NCBI GenBank assembly: GCA_000934665.2
Contig: KZ538529.1
Coordinates: 1 to 64,000 of the forward strand
From: Catajapyx aquilonaris
Lineage: Eukaryota
DNA length: 64,000 nt
Direction: 5' to 3'
Positions 36,802 to 48,952 of the stretch are shown here, in pieces. Numbering within the stretch: position 1 is the first letter of the stretch; every line of letters begins with the position of its first letter. The notes beneath the pieces were generated by a model that was not told the DNA's origin, searched no databases, and worked only from the letters and a program-made list of their open reading frames with translations. A program made the translations under genes and the position numbers.

Positions 36802-37530
36802 CTTCATACTCTGTTCCGTTTCCCCCAACTGCCCCGCCTCGGCCCCACTTAGCCCCACACCGAACACTAGCAGTACCGCAAGAGTTGGACCAGGTCAAAA
36901 AATTCGAATCCCGCCCCACCGATCAACTCGGGTCGTGGTCTCCCCCGTGTGCCAGTCAGTGTACGAATCGGGACCGAGAGAGGGCGAGACAAGTGCCCCC
37001 GTTCCTCCCCCTTCCCAAGCCTCACCTTGCTTCGTGAATCAAACCTACAAAAGATGGCACCATCCGCCATCTTGGGCTGAATCGAACACTACCCAACCCT
37101 CCCCCCCCTACCCCCCAACACACCGCCAGAAATCGGGATGGCCTGAGACAGAGGGGGTTAGTGTCATGTTCCACAACACCTTCCAACTGGACTTACACAG
37201 TACTTCCAAAGTGATGACCAGCACTAGTGTATGCTGTACAACTTGCTGCTCCAGTTTTCTCCTTCTTGTTTTTCCCACCCCCACCCCCTCCCTCCCCGTC
37301 TCTTTTCCCGTACACAGAGTGGACGCCGCTTCGTGCAGGTTCTGCCCAAAAGATGGCAGGGATGATCGGGAGGGCGGGGTTACCGGTGTTGGGATGGCAA
37401 CAGCGCTTGACAACCGACGCCGTCCTGTTACTATTCAGGCCGCGAGATGGCTCAAGGTTTGGCTACTGCGAGCCCGGGCCGAAAGATGGCGCGCGTGTTA
37501 TTTGGCGGGAGACTTACAAGGACATGGGCG
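36802..37530 (-). promoter_or_regulatory. Probable PDS5 promoter and non-coding first exon(s)
   Basis: CpG/GC-rich island about 8 kb upstream of the first coding exon, with clustered YY1-type AAGATGGC/CCATCTT motifs (~37050, 37066, 37350, 37483). Strong minus-strand donors at 37026 (AAG|gtgagg) and 36802 (AAG|gtaacg). Confidence 0.6.
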
Positions 37531-37789
37531 GCATATATAATTTAGGAAGGTTCCTGCCTTCCTGGACGGAATGAATAATTTATATTGTGTATAAAATTCA
37601 TGCACGAGTTATTAATAGGAAGGTGGCTCAGGGCTTTGCCGGTTGCTAAGGGGTTTAAAAAGTATTCATGGACTCCAGCACTTTATTGGTTGTTGCTTCA
37701 CACTACACTACTACAGGAAGACGACAATGCAAAACTTACCTCCATTCTTTGCAGTCAAAACAACAACAGTTGCTGAATAACATGGTTTA

Positions 37790-38150
37790 GCGACCTCAGA
37801 AACCTGATTGCTGGATGTGTGTTCAGGACGTGCATAACAAGCCAAATTCATCTTAGGGAGTTGCTACAAGAGATGTGGACTGCAATGAAAGCTGAAACTT
37901 GAAACAAATTGATCGACAGAATTTGCACTGATGTGATAGTTGCTAAGGGTGGATACTGTGATGAAAGGAAAATCTAAGGAAATGAAGGCTGAATTCATTC
38001 GTAAACAATGGGTATGAGTTCTTAGAGACATGTTTGTCTAATTAAATCCATACTTATCACAAGCTAGCTTTTTTTGTTAATTACACGTACCAGTACTTTC
38101 CAAACAAATGAATATTCAGGTTGTGTATTGAAATTTATGAGCGGTAGTGT
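37790..38150 (+). mobile_element. Tc1 transposase 3' relic
   Basis: Degenerate translation LRELLQEMWTAM..LIDR..ICTDVIVAKGGY matches Tc1 C-termini; ends gcggtagtg|ta. Confidence 0.6.
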
Positions 38151-38303
38151 ATATTGCTTAAAGAGATCCGTTGTCAAGTACATTTCTGATTTTTCTTATA
38201 CACTAAAGTTAGTGGCCAGTTCTGCCCTCCAAAAAGTATACCATGCTGATGTGGACTACCCTCTTCCCCACTTTGCATTTCCCCCCACAAAGATTGACTA
38301 TTT

Positions 38304-38480
38304 TGGGGAGGCACGGAGGCACGGTGGTCTACAGAGAGTGGCTATGCTATTGGCCAGCCAAGCAGGAGGCCTGGGGTTCAAATCCCATACCTGTCATCTT
38401 CTCTTGGTCAGGTCTTTTTCTGCACTTCACCCAACATGTCCAGGTGGAATTTCACTCCTTTCTCTGCCCAGAGCTAAGAC
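38304..38480 (+). mobile_element. Truncated tRNA-derived SINE (family C)
   Basis: tggccagccaagcaggaggcctggggttcaaatccc head and body match 25535 and 49831. Confidence 0.75.
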
Positions 38481-38754
38481 TGGGCTGGGGTGTCATGCCC
38501 TGGCAGCACACCTAATGGCATTTAAGATGACAATATTTAAAATGTTCACATTTGCACAAATATTTGAGGACCAAAGTTCCACTACCTCCATGTCAGTCAA
38601 GTCATGCTCACGTCACATCCCCCTACTTACAAGTGACACTTTATGGATGACAATCTACAACCTATTTTTTAACATTCATAATGATAAGGGCACTTTTTCT
38701 GTTGGTTGGAATTAAAATTAGTAGCTTGAGTAGCTATTTCGCATGTCTCATTAA

Positions 38755-39509
38755 CCCTTTGACGGCGGAGTTTTTTTCTTCTTTTATGCCCAAAATTCGA
38801 TGTGGGAGTGATATTAATAACAACTTTGCGCCAAAATTAATCAGTTTAAATTCGTGGTGGTCTTTTTGAATGTAAAATGCCGGAAGAAATTCATCTACAG
38901 GGTGTCCCAAAATTATTATTTTTTGAATCGTCTGGCTCTCAGGACATCGACAGCCTAACAAGTGTACTCAGTCATTATACATTGTTATAATTGTTACATA
39001 TTATTACCGCAACACTGTACTATGAGAAACTCCCAAGAGTCCAGGCTTTACCTGACACCCTGTACTCCGGGCACATGTAGCCTACATAAACAATCGAGCA
39101 GGAGCAACACGATCTTGGCATATACAACTCAACTTTGCGGAAGCAGGGGGGATTCTGGGAATGCTATGGTAGTTGAATCACCACCCAAGAGATGGCAGGA
39201 GCATATTGAACTGCATTTGGAACAGCAAAGTTCGAATTCTCTATGGCAGTGGTTCCCAAACTTTTTTTGGTCCCGGCCCACATCAGATAGAGAAAATATC
39301 TCGTGGCCCACCTAAACGGCGTGCAGGATTTGTTCATTCTTTTTTTTTACGTACTGTGCTCTTGCTCCTCATTTCTCAAGATCATTCTTTTATAGTTTAC
39401 AAAAAAATTCCACAGCCCATAGTTTGGGAACCACTGCTCTATGCACATCCTGGCGCGCCAAATTCAAAAAAGCTCGGGACATCACATGGTGCACGTAGCC
39501 CTCAAAGGA
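38755..39509. mobile_element. piggyBac-like MITE
   Basis: TTAA|ccctttga ... tcaaagga|TTAA. Confidence 0.5.
39247..39436. mobile_element. hAT (Charlie-like) MITE
   Basis: Perfect 16-bp TIR cagtggttcccaaact; 8-bp TSD ctctatgg/ctctatgc. Confidence 0.88.
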
Positions 39510-40204
39510 TTAATTCCTAAAACAAACATTGTGTATTTTTAGTCTTGTAGTGTAGCACTGGTGCATCAGCAATGACTAATACAAGTGTGGGTATTCCAAT
39601 CCCAGTCAATGCAGCACAGTGAGCCACAGTCAACCGATAGTGAACTTGTAACCTGTTCTGCTTCTTGAACTAGGGACGCCAGCTGCTGGACAACCATCAC
39701 GTAGTGCAACTTGAATAATTGCACAACATTACCTTCGACACAACTATTTCTGCTTGTTATGGGAGATAGGCAAGTGAGGAGCTGCCATTATCTCCAGCCA
39801 CTCTAGCCATTAAGCCNNNNNNNNNNCCCCCCAAAAAAAAAAAACAACATGTGAGCGATTTTGCAAGGGAAGTCTTCGCCAAGCAATGACACCAATTGTT
39901 TGGGGCGAAAATACATTGTTACAACAATTGTTACTTTCGCTTGTCAATGACATCAATTCAACTTCGCCAATCAAATAGCTTACATGTAAATGCAGCTTTA
40001 AACGGACAGGTACTGTACAGGATGACTCTAATGTCTGGATATATAGGAAATTGGATTGTATTGTTGGTTTCCAATTATTGACAGTCAGTAAAGGATGAAT
40101 TGGGGTACAGTTGGCACTTGGAGTTAGCACAACTGGCAACCAACAATGCAATTCAATTACCTACATATCCAGACTTTAGTCACCCTGTATAAAGAGATGA
40201 AGTA

Positions 40205-40464
40205 GGGCGACACGGTGGCCGAGTGGTTAGCGCCGCAGCCTTCCACCTCTAAGGTCCTGAGTTCAATCCCCAGGTCGGACGGAGGATACTTATGTGGATA
40301 GAGTTTCGATGGGTTCTCTCCGTGTTCGCGTGGGTTTTCTCGGGGTTCTCCCGTTTCCTCCCACTATCAAAATCCATCACATTACAGGCAAATGATTAAA
40401 GTCGGGTATTCAAAAGATGATCCCCTAAGAGGCCCAAAGGGCCTATCACGGGGTATCCATTATT
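40205..40464 (+). mobile_element. tRNA-derived SINE with a V-domain-like core (family D)
   Basis: A box tggccgagtgg, B box agttcaatccc, core ttctctccgtgttcgcgtgggttttctcgggg..tttcctcccac, shared 3' stem-loop; 17-bp TSD tataaagagatgaagta. Confidence 0.9.
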
Positions 40465-41585
40465 TATAAAGAGATGAAGTACAGTCTTTCCACAGCTCAC
40501 AGCATATGCGACACTTTCATTAGCGAAACCAAAAACCAAGAAACAGGCAAATTCACACCTCCCCACCCCCTCTCCAAGCAGTAGCATTGCAAATATCTGA
40601 AGAATAAGAGAAGGTAAAGAGGTTCATGCAAAATGCTCATAATATTTTGCAGATAGCGTGAGGGTTTGTCATTTATTTTTAACTAGTGATGAGTATAATT
40701 CCAATTTTGGCACTTCATGTGTGCAATGAAAACAATCCAATTGCATAAAATCTACTGCATAGACGCTAATTACATCACTGGTAGCATTGAAGAATGACAC
40801 AGTCACTCAAGTATACATTTGTAACAGATTTAATTTGTTTAGGAAAAATGTTACAGCAGAGCATACATAGTTAGTGCTAAGTCACATTGGTCACATCGAT
40901 AGGCATGTGTAAAAATTCCAAAGTCAAACAATAAAGAGCAACTTCAAATACAAGAACTTATAAAATCTGTATAATATAAGGCCAACATGTTTGAATACGG
41001 TACCATGAATTCTCTTGGTGTGTGACAACATGGGCACAATAGTGTGACACCCAACTTTTCAAATTCCATGCATAGTAAAAGAGAAAAAATGCGGCACATA
41101 ATCATGAGTTGATTGTAAACCCTTGCATTATTAGCAACTTCCTTCCATTTAAAAAACTTCTCCCTATTACTGAACAACTAGATTCCAATTCTCTCAGCAC
41201 AATTTGATGTACCAAAACACATATCACATTAGTGGTTCTTCTCCACAAATATTACCAGTACTGTACATGTGTGCCTCTGAAAAAGAATTATAGGCACCGT
41301 CACACCTTAAAACTGCAATAAAATGTTCGTATTTCTGGCTATGTGAAGGACAAATTGCTTTTCACTTAACATCACAGAATCAGTGAGCTGCCAATTAATG
41401 GTAAACTATGAATCTGATTTGTTAGTGATCAAGTTTAGCCAAAAAATAAAAATGGAGCTGTGTGCCAGGAATTTGAGATGTGAAGATATATACCAGTACC
41501 GAACTTTGGTGGAAGAGTGGCCTTATCTGTCAAAGGCAGATTAGACCTCTCTAATTAATTTTGTCATTGTGCAGTGACCGCCTTT

Positions 41586-41691
41586 CTACCGCCGGTAACG
41601 TCCCAAGTAAGCCTTGCAATTGGGGCAGGTGTGGTGAACATCCATGCAATCATCAATGCAGCAGGGGATCAAGCAACATCCCATCCAACAC
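41586..41691 (-). CDS. LITAF: LITAF terminal coding exon
   Basis: ttacag|[34 protein letters not shown]; 106 nt; not in the ORF track. Confidence 0.93.
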
Positions 41692-44600
41692 CTGTAAATT
41701 AAATCATATATTAATAACATACAGTAAAACATCTATAAGTTGAACTTCCCTAAGTTGAAGAAAATTATGAGCTTGGTTGGTCACAATATAAAATAATAGG
41801 AAATAAACTTCCCTAACTCGAATTTCTATAACTCGAATTTCTACACAACTCGAAGTGCAGGCGGGGCCTTACAATGGGATATTGATGCAATTTCAGTTTC
41901 CCTAAGTCGAAGTTCATGTTGGCGAGCAAGAAACATTTTCTAATTTCCCAGCCGAAGGGTCGGGAGTAGGGCACATGTACAGAAAAGCTCGTTCCTGATC
42001 TCTGTACCGAAAGAAGTGTTTGACTCGATTGTGACAATTGAATCCTTTATTAACCCCTTCGCTACCAGATACTCAATAGGCCCGAACCATGTACAGTTTG
42101 GATTATGCGTACTCCGAAGATACAGACAAGATATTTTACAAATAAAAACAGCTATACTTATCACGTTCACGGAAAACACTATGCATGAGTCTGGAACAAA
42201 TTTACTCATCAAGCAGTCCCTAAATTAATTTCCAAAAAAAGGCTATAAAAAGTCGAAGTCAGAGTACTGCCAACCAACTGTTAGGCTGATTTAATTATGA
42301 AATAGGAACCGAAGCAGTAGTGGTGTAGTGGATATGGTGTCCGACTGCTAATCAGGAGGTCCTGGGTTCGAATCCTGGAGACCGGCGATCCTGACCTTGG
42401 TTTTCTGTGGTTTCCCAAGGTCGCCCCAGGAATAATTTCCGGGATCGTACCGTAAACTTATTTGTGGCTTTCTGGCACTTCGGAAAACTACCAAATTTAC
42501 TTGCTATTTTCCACAGTGCCAGAAAGCCGCAAATAATATTAATTTATTTCTCACAAAGTACGACGAGTTCAGAAAATTTGTCTGGCATGGTTCTCAGGGT
42601 TGTTACTCTTAAGCCAAAATTTATGTGGTTTGGGCCTATCCGGTAGGGAAGGGGTTAAGAGTGAGAGCTGATATAAGAGTAGGCAAATGTCCATAATGGA
42701 GTTTTTTTACAACAAAACAATGAGGAACATTGTAGTGTGATAGTGACAGTTATTTTTAAGTTTTCAACACCTTTCGTCGCTGGATATAAAAGTAGGCTTC
42801 TTTATAGAGTTATGCGCTTAAAAAATCCCAAACTTCTCTCACTCGAATCTTCTACAACTCGAAGTTTTCTTCCGGTCATATGGAGATTCGACTTATAGAA
42901 GTTTTACTGCATATTAATATATAGATAATACAGTACATTATGATACAGTATAATTATGGTGTAATAACCCCATTACCAATTTATAATGATTTTGATAACA
43001 ATCATAATTTCTCATCTGGAGTCATAAGGGGCAATTGTCATGACTTGTGCCATATTTCCTTTCATATGAGAGAGTAAAGAGAGACATAAGCAAAACTTGT
43101 CATTTATGTCCTTTTCATTACCCCATCTGAGAGAAGAAAAGGTCCGACATAAGTCAACATTATGATTTCAAGACTGGGCCGCATTTTCATCCTGGTGCTG
43201 TCAATTACTTGTAACCATAGCTATCCATAAGAAAGCTTATGTGACAATATTGACTAGCAAAAGCAGCCTGCTCAGTCGCAATGAAAAAACCCTATCTACA
43301 AAACCAGTAGGAACAAAGGTCACATGCAGGCTCTGCACACAACTTTTGTCCTTACCAGTCAGGGTTGATTCTGGGTCCAATTCCACCCTGTGACAGGAAG
43401 GTCATTATGCATAAAAAAGGGGGTTATCCCCATCTCAAACTATAGAGTCAATCCTGCCTGTGTTCAAAAATCCATTATGTGCATAGGCCTACTAACCATT
43501 TAAAAATTTAGTCACCTCAACTGGGACCAGAATTGCACGAATTGTTGTGGAGAAAAATTAAAACAAATCTTAAGAAAGCCTGATTCAAACTCTTATAAAA
43601 TGTCAATATATCTCAAATTTCAATGATATAGCCAAGACATCCATCTACACACAATGGAAAAAAATCACAAACTTTTTCTTTTCACACAATGTCTTACAAA
43701 TTGGGGTGTTTTAAAACCTAATGCAGCCGCATTAAGTTTTAAAATACCCCAATACGTAAGACATTGTGTGAAAAGAGAAAGTTCGTGATTTTTTTATTAT
43801 TGTGTGCAGATAAACAACAAATTGTCGTGTCCCCCATTAAGAATGAGATTAGTCTATCTAGAAAATAATGCTAAAACTACACTGTACTCCCAATTATCTG
43901 GGTGTGGATTATCTGTGTTGGTGATTATCCATGCATCACCAAAATATTAAATTAACAGTAAAAGTCCGAAAAAATGTGAATATGTCTTGCAAATTAAGAA
44001 ATATAACACACATTTTCTAGAAGACAAACTTAAAATCTATGGTAAGTCTCATTATCTTGATTAAACCTTAGTTAAAACAGCATACACTATGTACAGTGCT
44101 ACATTAAAAATCTGTGAATAGCTAATTTTTATGGTATCTATGACCATTTTCTGATTATCCGTGTTTTCTGATTATCCAGCGACACCTGTGCAGTCGTTAT
44201 CCCAGATAATCGGGAGTACAGTGTACAATTGCAACAATTGCAGGGTCGTCCTGAATAATGTAAGTGACATGGGTTACAATAATCACTTACAACATTATTC
44301 GGGGAGACCCTTCAATTACTTAATTGTTATTAAGCAACACTGAGAGATCGCTTTTATCTTTAAAGCTGCTGGGCATGGGAACATGGCATTTACCGTTACT
44401 CTGACACAAGAAGAACACATTCAGTATGATATGGCGACAAGATGCATTTGTGTTGGGCAGTTTATCAGATCTCTTGTTGGAAGCAACAAAAGACCTGGCC
44501 AAGCACAAGTAGTAAGACAAGCAGTGAAAAATTCCCCCATCCCCACTCTACACTTTCAATGCACATAGTGGATATACTCTGGATAGAATTGCATTTTTTA

Positions 44601-47600
44601 CAAGTTCTTTGATTTAAGTTATAGAAGTTACACTGCAGTAATACAAGCGTTAATGGTTAATGAGCCAAACATACCCAAGTAGACACAGGATGAGTCCAGA
44701 GAGATATGCGATGAGACCTGGCTCAGTACGTGTGGATGTGTCAATCTCCGCATGACAATGGGGACAGACCATGTGTGTGGGCTCCTTCCCTACGGGAACC
44801 ACAGTCGTCACCACCATCGGCCCTGGATGCACTGGGTGGTGCCGTGAGTGGAAGGCAAAGTGAAGGAGGAAAAGGAAGCAGTGCTCACACATCAGAGTGC
44901 ATATAACATGTGACTAAGTGTGCTGCAGTGTTCAAGGTAAAAGACTGATTCATATAAAAATCATATCAAGAGTGCTAAATTGGAAATCCAAAAATCCACT
45001 TAACTCTCAGCTGTCAAAATACATTAATAATTGTCAGGGTGCATGTTATCTTTAGTATTCATCTTGAAATAATTTGTCATGGACTTGGGACTAAATTTTA
45101 AACTCGTTCTCTACTCACAAGCAAAATTAGATCTAGTGGGCACAATTGAAGGGTGCAGTGCAAGAGGGGCATGAGTCAGGTGTCTTTTTGTTTGACTCAT
45201 GCCCCTCTTACACTGCACCCTTCAATTCATTTCATGTCTAGCACATTACCTTGCCAGCAAGAAGAAATGGACTAATAATGACATCCAGTTTGTAAAACAG
45301 TAAAGTAAGGCAAGTCACAGTAAATTGTAATTATAATTAATAGTCATGAATATGATAGTTGTGGTAACAAGTTTACTAGATATCTCACTATGACTATATA
45401 GGGAATTCAAGGGTCGACACGGCTAATAGGCCCTAGACCCCATCTCACTATGACTGGAGAATGCCTATTAAACTGAAGTTAAACTGAAGTTACTCTATGT
45501 TATTTTTTGTAATGACCATTAATTATTATTATTGGACTTGAGTCAGCACCCTCAACTATACAGGGAGGTCAGAAATTCCATAATAATGTAAATAATGGGC
45601 AAGTATTAATTCCTTGGACAGATTAAATTCCAAAGTGCTCTACATAATTTGTGCCTGGGAACGAGCATTATGGTGTTTCAAACTTTCCTGACATTCCCAT
45701 GTTAATAATACGGAATACCATGTTGATTAGAGCATTCATCTGCATAAGTGGTTGACAGAAGGCATAACTGACACGATATTCCCTATAATTCAAGGCTGGA
45801 TGCCACCAAATTGACACCTCCCAGCCTAGAAGTCGTGCATTTTTGTCTCAGGACAGAGAAGGAAGCACCATTCTTGCCCATTATGTAGGAGTTACTGATC
45901 ACCCTGTATTACAAAATGCAATGAAGTATTATTTTTGAATTACTTCCTAACTACTAGCAACAGCTACACTTAAAATCTTCAATTCCATTCATGAAAAAAT
46001 GATTATTGCAATCGTCAGATCTACATCAATGACAGAAGGTTAGACAGTATGTGCTCATAAACAATAATCAAATGTCAATCAAGTTCAAATGAGCCTATCA
46101 AAATATTTCAAAGCAAAATGGCTATACATGCTCCATGCTATTCACAAGCAACACTTTCTACACAAGAGGGGCACATCCAAATTGCTGATTAAGTTACATT
46201 CACATATTTGACCCCCCATGAAGAGACGATCAATCTTGATTAATCTTGGTGAATTTTAAATTATTATGGTTGCTCCTTCCATCCCCTACAAGTCTCATTC
46301 AGTATGCTACACAAACCATTTTGAACTAATTGAGGGGCAATTCCAACACAGATTACACCGGCAATGTCACGACATATTCCAATTTTTACGAAACCTGGCA
46401 TACATGCTTAGATCATGCATAGTCACACAGACCCCAAACTCCCTTCAAAATGTATGTTACAGTGGTGTGGACCCCGACCTCCCCAACTTTATGTCTTTAC
46501 GTTTGTATAAGCCCAGTCAAAATGGGGTGAATTAAGATGCAGGACAATATCACATGACCCCATAATAGTGTAGATGCAGGAATATGAATAGTACGTAATT
46601 TTCTATGCAACATTCTGTGCTTTCTACTACATATCTTTTGAGACGTAGTAGGTATGTAGTAACATGAGCTGAATTTATTGTATTTATTTCCTTTGTCCTA
46701 TTGACGTATGATGCTTGAAAATATTCCTACCAGCTGCAAGTGTTGGTTTAAGCATGTGCCAATTTTTGTAAAAATTTAAGACAACATTTGCAATTTTTGG
46801 GGGGGAAGTTCTGAAACCCCGAAGGTGGATTGTCATGATGGGAAGAATGATTATGTATTCACAGATATATGAATATAACTTAATTGTTATTCACCTTCCA
46901 TGTGGTTCATAACAAACTCCCCATTTCCAAGTGATCTGATACTATAGCTGATTAAACTCAATACATCACTGCAAGAAGTTAATTAACTAGAGCTGATATG
47001 TAGGAAATCAATGACCAAGCAGTGCATGCTTAATTATCCATGATAAGTTATTAAAATTTCGTTAGTAATGTGGGGAGATCAATGCAAACCACCTAGTAAT
47101 GTGAATGCAATACAGTAGCCTACTTAACATACTAGCATTTCTTACTGACCTCCTACATCATGCAACTGACAGTTAAAAGAGTGAGGTACAGTGAGAAAGG
47201 TGTTAAGCTATTGAAACGTTTACAGCCTTGAGAAATTGAAGAAGGTAGATTGAAAGAGACAAGATTCAAAACACACCTGATACATAGCCCATGGAGTTAT
47301 TTAAGTATGAAACATGTGGTGAGGATCCAGGAGGAACTTGTATTGGTGGTTGCACAGGGTAATGATGAGCCTGTTGGCTAGGGTATTGTTGTTGAGGCAT
47401 GAAACCTATTTGGGGGGGACCTGTGTTCCAACCACCTACTAATTAGTAAGTTACAGCAATAGGATTTGATTAGCATAAAATGTCATAAAGAGTGAGGAAA
47501 GGATTATAAGATGCAAAGTTGGGTTAAGTATAGGAAACAAAGTGTATAAACAGATACAAGGTTCAGGTGTGATAACAAAAATTGAAGAATGTGGCAATAT

Positions 47601-48199
47601 CAAAACATGTGACAAAAGCCACATATAGTGTAGAAATGTATGAAAAGGGTGAGTGAGTAATAGTGTTCAACATGCATATATAATTACAGATATAATTCAA
47701 GAATTGCATCAGGTATATTAATTGGTGACAGGAAAGTTCATTAAGTCAGGGATTAACATGGTTGTGCCAATTAATGTGTTAAGCATTAGCAAGAAAAATA
47801 TTTTATCATACATGTTAGACCATTATTCAATATAACAATTTTTTGAAAATTGCATCCATTGTAAACAGGCAAATTAAAAATTATGCATCAACAAGGTATT
47901 GATGAAACCACATGTTAACAAGAGGATTAATATGACCAGTAGCACCAACGCCGCCAATCCCACAAAGCAGCAATAAAGAGAGACAAACTTTGAGTTAATA
48001 ACAGTAATAAGTTTCATTATATCTTTATAATGCTAAGAAGGTTTTTATTATTCGCAATATTCCAGTGGAGTTATGAATACTCACATGGCTGCTGCGGGGT
48101 AAATGGACTTGAAGGAGGCACACCTCCCACTGCCTGCGAGTAACTTGGAGGAGCAGCGGGAGGCGGGCCATATGGAGGTGGTGCTGTTGTTTTGCTCAT
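41586..48199 (-). CDS. LITAF: LITAF/SIMPLE-family (zf-LITAF-like) protein, spliced CDS of 4 exons (179 aa; 125 aa without the cassette exon)
   Basis: Proline-rich N-terminus with PPPY and PPSY motifs; CPHC knuckle, hydrophobic segment and HTCPNC knuckle, ending LGRYRR*. GT-AG junctions are phase-consistent. Confidence 0.93.
42054..42654. mobile_element. piggyBac-like MITE
   Basis: TTAA|ccccttcgctaccagata ... tatccggtagggaagggg|TTAA. Confidence 0.75.
42309..42455 (+). mobile_element. 3'-truncated SINE (family A)
   Basis: Near-identical to 29293-29440. Confidence 0.8.
43880..44223. mobile_element. pogo/Tigger-like MITE
   Basis: TA|cactgtactcccaattatctgg ... ccagataatcgggagtacagtg|TA. Confidence 0.8.
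44675..44831 (-). CDS. LITAF: LITAF exon with the first CxxC knuckle
   Basis: cccag|[29 protein letters not shown]...LCLLG|gtatgt; 157 nt. Confidence 0.9.
47277..47438 (-). CDS. LITAF: LITAF probable cassette exon ([31 protein letters not shown]...)
   Basis: aattag acceptor and G|gtgtgt donor; 162 nt, symmetric phase 1-1, open P/Q/Y-rich frame. Confidence 0.65.
48085..48199 (-). CDS. LITAF: LITAF coding exon 1 ([24 protein letters not shown]...)
   Basis: Acceptor ttacag at 48205, ATG at 48199, donor |gtgagt; 115 nt. Confidence 0.9.
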
Positions 48200-48619
48200 G
48201 CTGGCTGTAAAGACAAGTTCAAGTAAGTCACATGTTTCAATGAATCCGGGAATTCTGAATATCCTGCATTTCAAAATAAAATGTTCTCTTTTTCTGGCAG
48301 AGTCATGCAGTACTTATTTTTTTTTACTTTGTTACCCTTGAGGGCCTTTTACAGGTTAGGGAGGATAAGTAGTGGGGGAGGGAGGAGCTTTCTAAGTTGA
48401 TTTACAACAGATTATAGAAATTGAACCTTCTTGCTACAGCACTCAAGAACTGAAGCTACATGCACCATGTGTATTAATAAACAATTTAAATTTTATTTTC
48501 CTGCAGTAGACACAATGTACCCACAGGTAGCGTGTAGCGTCATTAATTAATTCACACAAGCATCACTGTAGAAGAACTACAATCGAGAAGATATTCTGGA
48601 ACTCTGAAACATAGTTGTC

Positions 48620-48622
<3 letters not shown>

Positions 48623-48681
<59 letters not shown>

Positions 48682-48952
48682 ATACCCCGTTATCAGCCAT
48701 CGGCTCTTTAGGGGGGAAGTTTGTTTTGCCTGGAACTCTTTGCTTTCATTTTACTGTGCTCTTTGGGATAGGATAGGGACGGAAGGAAGCGGCTGTGGCC
48801 TATTAATTACGGAAGCAACTCCGGAATTTTCCTGGAAGGACCGTGGGAAACGACAGAAAATCACGGTCAGAGTTGCCGGCCCCGGGATTCGAACCCAGGA
48901 CCTCCCGATTAGCAGTCGGACGCCTTATCCACTATGCCAACCTGCTTCGGTC
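48623..48952 (-). mobile_element. tRNA-derived SINE (family A')
   Basis: 14-bp TSD acatagttgtcaat; (TTA)n tail; near-identical to 30431-30791. Confidence 0.9.

Larger units (their letters stand above)
41722..42909. mobile_element. pogo/Tigger-like MITE hosting nested insertions
   Basis: TIR cagtaaaacatctataagttgaa / ttcgacttatagaagttttactg; an internal fragment recurs at ~56138-56225. Confidence 0.75.

Noticed and set aside
36734..37540. 268-aa plus-strand ORF
   Set aside because: Stop-poor GC-rich promoter region with no recognisable domain.
38074..38715. 213-aa ORF
   Set aside because: It spans a Tc1 end and a SINE; a chance open frame.
39816..39825. Run of N bases (single Ns also at 13572, 25746 and 29871)
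   Set aside because: Assembly ambiguity, mostly beside homopolymers; not biology.
44421..44547. Possible alternative LITAF last exon ([32 protein letters not shown]...)
   Set aside because: In frame, but the acceptor lacks a pyrimidine tract and the second CxxC knuckle is missing.
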